A DNA stretch of 11,967 bases from NCBI GenBank assembly GCA_046581755.1, contig JAYGFR010000263.1:1-11967 (forward strand), given 5' to 3'. The position numbers and the translations under genes are program-made. The notes beneath the pieces were generated by a model. It did no database searches, was not told where the DNA came from, and saw only the letters and a program-made list of their open reading frames with translations. Of this stretch, positions 1 to 5,840 are shown one piece after another (the stretch's first letter is position 1; each line of letters begins with the position of its first letter). The DNA comes from Nitrospinota bacterium. GTDB lineage: Bacteria; UBA8248.

Positions 1-369
1 GCTTACCCCAAGAATTTCGAAAGACACTCTCTTGGATTTCATTTGAGCGTAAAGGTTTTGGAGGTCGGGCATCTCATCGATGCAAGGGGGACACCATGTC
101 GCCCAAATATTGATGAGAACCACCTTGCTCCTGTAGTCGGATAGGCTGGACGTCCCCCCTCCCAACAGGGGAAAGGTAAATACAGGAGCCGGTTGGCCCA
201 CCCTTGGAGCGGGAGGAGGAGGCGTTGGCGCTGGTCCGCTCGTCAGTATTGCCGCAAATGCCCAGATAACAGTCACGACAACGGGAGTCAATATGATGGC
301 GATGGCTCTTTTTCGAGCGCTCGCCAGAATACTTTCTGTGTCTGTCTCAATCGGTCGTACGACGCTCAT
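1..369 (-). CDS. TlpA/ResA-family membrane-anchored thiol:disulfide oxidoreductase, second copy (3' end outside window)
   Basis: Not in ORF track. Hand translation from ATG at 369 is open to position 1: MSVVRPIETD...AIAIILTPVVVTVIWAFAAIL (TM)-TSGPAPTPPPPAPRVGQPAPVFTF...SLSDYRSKVVLINIWATWCPPCIDEMPDL. Classic WATWCPPC thioredoxin-fold motif. Confidence 0.92.
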   Translation of the reverse strand, partial: MSVVRPIETDTESILASARKRAIAIILTPVVVTVIWAFAAILTSGPAPTPPPPAPRVGQPAPVFTFPLLGGGTSSLSDYRSKVVLINIWATWCPPCIDEMPDLQNLYAQMKSKRVSFEILGVS

Positions 370-410
370 GAATCCCCGCCCATTCGCATCAAATTCATTT
401 TACAGAAATT

Positions 411-1082
411 TTACCCATTTTCCTTAAGAAGAAATTCGATCAAATTGAAGGCTGCTTCTCCATCCCACTTGCGCGCACCCATACCGTAGGCAACGATGCG
501 GCCACCCCGGTCAATGAGATAAGTCGTCGGAAGTGCTTTAACCTGATAAGCCCGCTTGGCCGTGTGTTCTGGATCGAGAACGATTTGAAATTTTAGATTT
601 AAGTTTTCCGCAAACTTCCGAACTGCATCGGAGCTTCCCTGATCCACCGAAACAGCGACAATTTGAAATCCTTGGGTTTTGAACTTTTCATATGTCCGTT
701 GCATGGCTGGCATCTCTCGGAGACAGGGAGGACACCAAGTCGCCCAAAAATTGACGAGGACGACCTTTCCCCTATCCTGCCGAAGAGTCCGATTTTGCCC
801 ATCTAGGGTGCGGAGATAAAAATCGGGAGCCTCTACTCTCTTTGTGTTCGGCAAAAAACTCATTTTCCGGAAAATGGCTATTTTACTAACGGGCATTTGC
901 CCCGAGGACGGGCGGGCGACAGAAAAAATGCTTCCCCATTTTCTTGTCCCCAGGGCAACGCCGGTTGCAAGAAAAAGGAGGATCACCACGCCGAGGATCC
1001 ATTTGCGAATTTTAGCTTTTACCCGATCTTCGGCTAGTCCGTCCACATTTTGTGCAAGAATCACTTTTGAATCAAAACCCAT
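411..1082 (-). CDS. TlpA/CcmG(DsbE)-like thiol:disulfide oxidoreductase
   Basis: N-terminal TM helix, APDF, GKVVLVNFWATWCPPCLREMP and the cis-Pro motif LPTTYLID. SD AGAGGA precedes TTG(1085)/ATG(1082). Located in the ccm locus. Confidence 0.92.
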   Translation of the reverse strand: MGFDSKVILAQNVDGLAEDRVKAKIRKWILGVVILLFLATGVALGTRKWGSIFSVARPSSGQMPVSKIAIFRKMSFLPNTKRVEAPDFYLRTLDGQNRTLRQDRGKVVLVNFWATWCPPCLREMPAMQRTYEKFKTQGFQIVAVSVDQGSSDAVRKFAENLNLKFQIVLDPEHTAKRAYQVKALPTTYLIDRGGRIVAYGMGARKWDGEAAFNLIEFLLKENG

Positions 1083-1142
1083 CAACTAAATCCTCTTACC
1101 CAGTGTCCCACCGCACAGGACGGAATGTTCAAAAAGAAAAAA

Positions 1143-1676
1143 TCAAATGAACTCTTCAAGTTCCCGCTTAAGGCGCTTTTCTAAAGCGTCATTTGAATCA
1201 ATCAGGGATGAGCGTTCCCCGGCAGAGGAGGGGGGGGGAGTAATTCTTATTGGGTGGGTCGTCCAAGCCCGCACCAGTACCATTACAACACCTATCCCCG
1301 CCAAAATCGCTGCGAAAGGCAACCCCCACGCTGTTAGAAAAAAACCTTCCGCGGGTGGGGTCGGCATGACTTCGGGGCCGTAAACCTCAACGAAATAGCG
1401 AATAATTTGCTCCTTGGTTTCCCCCTCAAAAGCCTTGCGGCGCACTAATTGACGAAGTTGAGCCCCCTCGGCGCTCGGGCAGGCCTGCAAAACCTTACCT
1501 GGGCACACAGGACTCATGATTGAATTCACGAGTTCTGTGTAAACTGTCTCGGGATCGGACGCCGACTCCCCCACCGAGGATGAAACCGCTACCATAAGAA
1601 TAAATAATCCCGCACAAAGACAGGCAAAAAATCCTGAAAGAGGAATAATCGATCGACATGAACGTCCAGCTATCAT
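1143..1676 (-). CDS. ccmH: Cytochrome c biogenesis protein CcmH/CycL family (variant Cys motif)
   Basis: Hydrophobic N-terminus, IMSPVCPGKVLQACPS, GETKEQIIRYFVEVYGPEV (CcmH-like GxxxxEIxxYFVxxYG), then P-rich linker and AWGLP TM helix. Start at ATG 1676 (GGGGAAG upstream) preferred to 1712, which overlaps ccmD. Confidence 0.85.
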   Translation of the reverse strand: MIAGRSCRSIIPLSGFFACLCAGLFILMVAVSSSVGESASDPETVYTELVNSIMSPVCPGKVLQACPSAEGAQLRQLVRRKAFEGETKEQIIRYFVEVYGPEVMPTPPAEGFFLTAWGLPFAAILAGIGVVMVLVRAWTTHPIRITPPPSSAGERSSLIDSNDALEKRLKRELEEFI

Positions 1677-1689
1677 GGTCTTCCCCCGG

Positions 1690-1836
1690 TTAGGAATCTC
1701 GGCTATCGTCAAAACCTTTTAGTCGGCCTCCCGAAGAAATTTCCTCTCCCAGCCGGTTTGCACGAATAATTAATGTCCACCAATAAAACCCCATTGCCCC
1801 CAAGACAATGATATATGCCGCAACGACATAGGCCAT
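1690..1836 (-). CDS. ccmD: Heme exporter protein CcmD (48 aa)
   Basis: Not in ORF track. ATG 1 nt after the ccmC stop; MAYVVAAYIIVLGAMGFYWWTLIIRANRLGEEISSGGRLKGFDDSRDS*. YVxxAY, a single TM helix and a charged tail, directly downstream of ccmC. Confidence 0.85.
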   Translation of the reverse strand: MAYVVAAYIIVLGAMGFYWWTLIIRANRLGEEISSGGRLKGFDDSRDS

Positions 1837-1837
1837 A

Positions 1838-2581
1838 TCATTTCTCCCGTGCGGCATGGGCGAAATCGACCCTGTCCTGCAAAAGCCCTAATGCCGTGCG
1901 CCGTTTCACAAAATAAATGAACACCAGCGTAAATGCCACCAGAGAGCTCCACAGGGCCACATGCATGCCAGGCGGGAGCTCGGACATGCCCCCTGAGCGT
2001 ATAACCACCGGCCCCGGATGAAGAGTTCGCCACCATTTAACCGACATATGGACTATGGGAACATCGATAAACCCGATAATTCCCAAAACCGCCGCGAATC
2101 GAGCGCTTTGCTCCCTTTCCGCAATGTAGGTCCGGACCATCAGGTATCCAACATATATCATCCACAGAATCAGGGAAGTGGTCAGGCGGGCATCCCAGGT
2201 CCACCATACGCCCCAGACCGGACGCGCCCAAATCGGGCCGGTAATCAAAACCAGGGTGCAGAAAACAACGCCCACTTCAGCGCAGGAATGCGCCCGGCTA
2301 TCGTCAATCGCCCTTCGCCAGATGAGATAGCGGATCGAGAAAACAAACACCCAAAAGAAGGCAAAAAAGGCGAGCCAGGCCGAGGGCACATGGACGTAGA
2401 AAATCCGCTGCGCCTCGCCCTGCCTCGCGGTGGGGGCGATGAAGAAATCCGCGTACACCGCGAAGACCAAAAAGGCCGCACCCGCAAGGGCGAGCACGCG
2501 ATCGGCGCCCTCCTCATGGCTCCAGATGAGCCAGGCAAGGGCGGCGAAGGCGGCCAGGAATATCAGGAAATAAGGACTCAA
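1838..2581 (-). CDS. ccmC: Heme exporter / heme chaperone-loading protein CcmC
   Basis: WWD domain (GPIWARPVWGVWWTWDARLT) flanked by the two conserved His (RIFYVHVP, WWRTLHP). TTG start with GGAGG 8 nt upstream. Confidence 0.96.
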   Translation of the reverse strand: MSPYFLIFLAAFAALAWLIWSHEEGADRVLALAGAAFLVFAVYADFFIAPTARQGEAQRIFYVHVPSAWLAFFAFFWVFVFSIRYLIWRRAIDDSRAHSCAEVGVVFCTLVLITGPIWARPVWGVWWTWDARLTTSLILWMIYVGYLMVRTYIAEREQSARFAAVLGIIGFIDVPIVHMSVKWWRTLHPGPVVIRSGGMSELPPGMHVALWSSLVAFTLVFIYFVKRRTALGLLQDRVDFAHAAREK

Positions 2582-2654
2582 AAGACCATCCTCCCCCGCG
2601 CGCGTGCCCTGGGGGGGCGAATTACTCGAAACAAACTCAACATATCAGGTGAGA

Positions 2655-2690
2655 TATTCCATATAATAAATTGATAATATTGTCTCAACC
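2655..2690 (-). promoter_or_regulatory. AT-rich putative internal promoter/operator for ccmC-D-H-tlpA
   Basis: Sharp AT-rich island ~80-100 bp upstream of ccmC, with an imperfect palindrome TTGATAATATTGTCTCAA (2671-2688) and TATTAT hexamers on the minus strand. No clean -35/-10 spacing found. Confidence 0.4.
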
Positions 2691-2736
2691 CGCCAATTTT
2701 TCATCACCACAACCCGAAACGCAATACCGTAAACAC

Positions 2737-2773
2737 CGCCACATCATGCCCCAAAACACGCCACATCATGCCC
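2737..2773. repeat. Direct repeat CGCCACATCATGCCC x2, 22-bp period
   Basis: Identical 15-mers at 2737-2751 and 2759-2773, each preceded by AAACA. Confidence 0.9.
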
Positions 2774-2809
2774 GCAAACCCAATGAATCCGGCGGATGGC
2801 GCCAACAAT

Positions 2810-2928
2810 GTTTCCAAAATTACCGCCTGAGCTTCTCAAAACTCCGCCGGGTCTTTTCAAAATCACCGCCGGTGCTTCTAAAAACACCGGGACTTCCCAA
2901 AACCACCGGGGCTTCCCGAAAAGGCCGG
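2810..2928. repeat. Degenerate tandem repeat, 6 units of ~18-22 bp (CTTYYCAAAA..CCGSCGG-like)
   Basis: Units: gtttccaaaattaccgcctga / gcttctcaaaactccgccggg / tcttttcaaaatcaccgccggt / gcttctaaaaacaccggg / acttcccaaaaccaccggg / gcttcccgaaaaggccgg. Confidence 0.8.
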
Positions 2929-2974
2929 AAACCCTCGCGCATCATGCGAACAAAACTTTCCCAACAAACTAATA

Positions 2975-3661
2975 TCACTCTTCCAACACATACTCGAACA
3001 TCACCGCCGCGACCGAGATGAAAATCAGATCATACGCCCCAATCAGCTTCACCCAATCGCCCGTCTCCTCCCATCCGCCCCCGGCCAGGATGGCCGCCGT
3101 CGCCTTGACCGCCCCGATCAGGACCGGCGCCAGCAGCGGAAACATCAGGACCGGAAGGAGAATATCCCGGGTCTTCGTCTGGGCCGTCATCGCCGCGAAC
3201 AGCGTCCCGATTGCCGAGATTCCCAGCGTCGCCACAAGCGCCACCAGGGCCAGCGGCCCCAGATTCTCCCACACCGGCGCCCGGTAGAACACTGCCAGCG
3301 CCGCGAACCCCGCCGCCTCCATCACCGCTACCAGAAAAACGATCGCCCCCATTTTTCCGAAATAGATGGCGGCCGGGTCCGCCGGGCTCAGGCGCATGGC
3401 CGAAAACCCGTGGCTCTCCCGCTCGATCCCCATCGAGCGCGAAAACCCGGTCACCGAGGCGAACAAAAACGCCACCCACAACACCCCCGCCTGCAGCGGA
3501 GCGGCCTCCTTCCCCCCCTGGCCGGGTCCGAAGGCAAAACTGAACAACGTCAGGACCAACAGCGTGAATACCACCATGACCGCCAGGCTTTCCCGCTCCC
3601 GAAGTTCCAGGCGAAGGTCCTTCTCCGCCACCGCCCAAACGGTCGAGAAGAAAAACCTCAT
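2975..3661 (-). CDS. ccmB: Heme exporter ABC permease CcmB
   Basis: KDLRLELR, GVLWVAFLFAS, ERE..G, IYFGK, LLPVLMFPLLAPVLI, FEYVLEE; multi-TM. Likely true start is ATG 3661, overlapping the ccmA stop (ATGA), not 3760. Confidence 0.95.
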   Translation of the reverse strand: MRFFFSTVWAVAEKDLRLELRERESLAVMVVFTLLVLTLFSFAFGPGQGGKEAAPLQAGVLWVAFLFASVTGFSRSMGIERESHGFSAMRLSPADPAAIYFGKMGAIVFLVAVMEAAGFAALAVFYRAPVWENLGPLALVALVATLGISAIGTLFAAMTAQTKTRDILLPVLMFPLLAPVLIGAVKATAAILAGGGWEETGDWVKLIGAYDLIFISVAAVMFEYVLEE

Positions 3662-4380
3662 TTCCCGCCCGCCCGCATCGCCGCCGAAACCTCCCCGGCC
3701 GAGGTCTCCGCCGAGGCGGCGCGAAAAACGGCTTCTCCCTTCGACAAGACCACCACCCAATCGGCCAAGCCCAGCGCCCGGGGGATATCGTGATCCGTGA
3801 AAAGGAGGCTCCTCGGCGCCCCATCCTGAAACCCGGCCCCCTCCGATATATTCCGAAGGATGGCCTCCAACCCCTCGGCGGCACTCTGATCCAGCCCGGC
3901 GAAGGGCTCGTCCAGTAGAAAAAAATTCGGCTCATGAAGCATCGCCCGGGCCAGCGCCGCCCGCTGGCAAAGCCCCTGGCTCAGCGTCTGGACCGGATCG
4001 TCCAGGCGATCTTCGAGTCCCAGTATCCCGGCCAGATAGAGCGCCTTCTCGTCCGCCGCCCCCGGCGGCAAGCGGAACAGCTTGGCGAAAAAGTCCAGGT
4101 TCTCCTTCAGCGTCAGCGCCGGATACAGGAACGGATCGTGTACGAGAAGCCCGATCCGGGAGCGGTTCAAGGCGGAGACCGGGCTGCCGCCCAGCCGAAC
4201 CTCCCCCTCGTTCGGGCGAAGGAGGCCCGAAACCACCCGGAGGAAAGTCGTTTTGCCGGAGCCGTTCTCCCCGACGATGGCCACCCGGTGCCCCCGCTCC
4301 AGAGCCAAATCGACCCGGCGGAGCGCCCAGCGCCATCCGAAACGGCGGGACACCCCGGCCGCTTCGAGTATATCCGCCAT
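3658..4380 (-). CDS. ccmA: Heme ABC exporter ATP-binding protein CcmA
   Basis: Walker A GENGSGKTT, signature LSQGLCQR, Walker B LLDEP, H-loop TDH. Coupled to ccmB. Confidence 0.93.
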   Translation of the reverse strand: MADILEAAGVSRRFGWRWALRRVDLALERGHRVAIVGENGSGKTTFLRVVSGLLRPNEGEVRLGGSPVSALNRSRIGLLVHDPFLYPALTLKENLDFFAKLFRLPPGAADEKALYLAGILGLEDRLDDPVQTLSQGLCQRAALARAMLHEPNFFLLDEPFAGLDQSAAEGLEAILRNISEGAGFQDGAPRSLLFTDHDIPRALGLADWVVVLSKGEAVFRAASAETSAGEVSAAMRAGGK

Positions 4381-5259
4381 CTAGCGGGACATTCCCCGGA
4401 GGGATTCGAAAAGAGGGCCGCGCTGGCTTTGATGGGCTTCGGCGGAAATTTCTCCCTGCTCCAGCCGGTCGTCCAACGACACCAGGGAGCGAAGGAGTTC
4501 GTCCCGCTCCATCCGCGCCACCAGATCCCCTCTCCGCCGGATTCGAATCCAAACCGACAAACCGCCTCCCAGGAGTACGAACATACCGCCCGCCGCGTAA
4601 AAATACACGAGCCCGCCGGCAGAATCCGGCGCCTTCAAGGTGAAGCGGACAACGGCCCCCGCCCGGGTCGAACCCAAAAAGGAGTCATACTCCTTCTCCT
4701 CGAATTTCACCGTGTCCCGCTGCCGCAGGAAGCTCTCGGTCCCCGTCTGCACCCGTCCCTTCTCGGTAAGCAAGTGGAAGCTGGAGGTGCCGTACGCGAT
4801 GGGACGATCCACCACGATTCCCCCGAATTCATCCGCCAGGCGATAGAAAAGGCCCACCAGCTTAATGCCGGGCGGAATGGGCTCGGTGATGTTGACCTCC
4901 GCGCCCGAGAGGCGCACATTTTTCCGCCTTACCCCCTGAAGGGGGGCGGACAGCTCGGCGTCCGGACTGCGAATGTTATTGCTCCTTGGCAACACCAGGC
5001 GCAGCGTCGGCGATCCGTGCTTGGAAACGATGGTCTTCTTTCCCCGGTTTTGAAACATGAATATTTCCTGAATCTCGTAAAAACCCTTGGTCAGCCGGAC
5101 GAACAGAATGTTTCGCATCAGGGTCAGCCGGGAGGTGTCCGATGTCGTGGCGGGGACGCTTTGTTCCGCCTTGGCGGCCTGGGTGGAACCGGGCGGGAGC
5201 CATGCGAACAGGATGGTGGCGCAGAGGATGAATAATTTTGGAAACAACCTACATTTCAC
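4381..5259 (-). CDS. Uncharacterised ccm-associated membrane protein (orfY): signal peptide, extracytoplasmic domain, C-terminal TM and CcmI/SHOCT-like tail
   Basis: GTG 5259 overlaps the orfX stop (GTGA). Signal-like KCRLFPKLFILCATILFAWLPPGSTQAAKA; C-terminal TM LVYFYAAGGMFVLLGGGLSVWI, then RIRRR and ERDELLRSLVSLDDRLEQGEISAEAH. Its stop abuts the ccmA ATG. Confidence 0.8.
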   Translation of the reverse strand: MKCRLFPKLFILCATILFAWLPPGSTQAAKAEQSVPATTSDTSRLTLMRNILFVRLTKGFYEIQEIFMFQNRGKKTIVSKHGSPTLRLVLPRSNNIRSPDAELSAPLQGVRRKNVRLSGAEVNITEPIPPGIKLVGLFYRLADEFGGIVVDRPIAYGTSSFHLLTEKGRVQTGTESFLRQRDTVKFEEKEYDSFLGSTRAGAVVRFTLKAPDSAGGLVYFYAAGGMFVLLGGGLSVWIRIRRRGDLVARMERDELLRSLVSLDDRLEQGEISAEAHQSQRGPLFESLRGMSR

Positions 5260-5837
5260 TTTAATTTTTTCCCACAACCCGAGCAATAATTGTCCGTTTC
5301 TACCGCTTCCCGTCCGCATTCGGGGCAGAAATTCACCGCCGGGGCCGTCGCCAATTCCGGTGCCTTGGGGGAGGCTGTCTCCGGCTCCTTGGATGGCAAG
5401 ACTTTTCGGTTTCGGAGGATTTCGGCCTCCAGCGCCTCATCGAGTGTGGGTTCCGGGACGGCCGGAGCGGCCCCCTTTTGCTGGAGCGCCGCGCTCACGG
5501 CCTCCCGCTCGCTCAGGTGGAGCGGAATCGTGCCCTCCTTCACGCCGCGGCCCTCGAGCCGCCTCAGGACTTCCAGCGCCCGCGCCCGGCCGCGGCCGAG
5601 CATGTCCTCATAATCCTCCTTCGAGAGCTTTTCCATCTCCCAGTCCAGTTCGATGTCCTGGATATTTTTGTAGGCCCGCTCCCGCTCGATGACCAGGTGG
5701 GCGATTTCCTTATCGGCCCCGCCGCCCGCGGCGCCGGCAACGGCCATGCCTCCGGCGGGTTGCGCCAGGGGCAGGAAGGCGTATGCGAACGCCGCGATCA
5801 TGATGGCGGCGACGATGAGATAACCTAGAATTTCCAA
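5256..5837 (-). CDS. Uncharacterised ccm-associated protein (orfX): N-terminal TM, CcmI-like helix, C-terminal zinc ribbon
   Basis: TM ending AFLPL; ERERAYKNIQDIELDWEMEKLSKEDYEDM; C-terminal FCPECG-x8-CSGCGKKL. TTG start 3 nt after the ccmF stop. Confidence 0.85.
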   Translation of the reverse strand: MEILGYLIVAAIMIAAFAYAFLPLAQPAGGMAVAGAAGGGADKEIAHLVIERERAYKNIQDIELDWEMEKLSKEDYEDMLGRGRARALEVLRRLEGRGVKEGTIPLHLSEREAVSAALQQKGAAPAVPEPTLDEALEAEILRNRKVLPSKEPETASPKAPELATAPAVNFCPECGREAVETDNYCSGCGKKLK

Positions 5838-5840
5838 GCC

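Noticed and set aside
1230..1238. G9 run in ccmH as a phase-variation tract
   Set aside because: It encodes a Pro linker near the C-terminus with the frame intact, and there is no evidence of variation.
2731..2930. Possible CRISPR array (also considered for 9955-10023)
   Set aside because: Units are contiguous and degenerate, with no unique spacers and no cas genes.
2671..3021. 116-aa plus-strand ORF across the ccmB-ccmC spacer
   Set aside because: Repeat units are not multiples of three, there is no SD or recognisable domain, and it overlaps the ccmB 3' end antisense.
5256..5340. CxxC pairs in orfX (and the TlpAs) as c-type heme sites
   Set aside because: None is followed by His, so no CxxCH cytochrome substrate is seen in the window.
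3018..5828. Long alternative ORFs such as 3030..3935(-), 3932..4552(-), 3934..5235(+) and 5087..5692(+)
   Set aside because: Antisense or off-frame shadows of well-supported ccm genes in GC-rich DNA; Arg/Pro/Gly-rich with no motifs.
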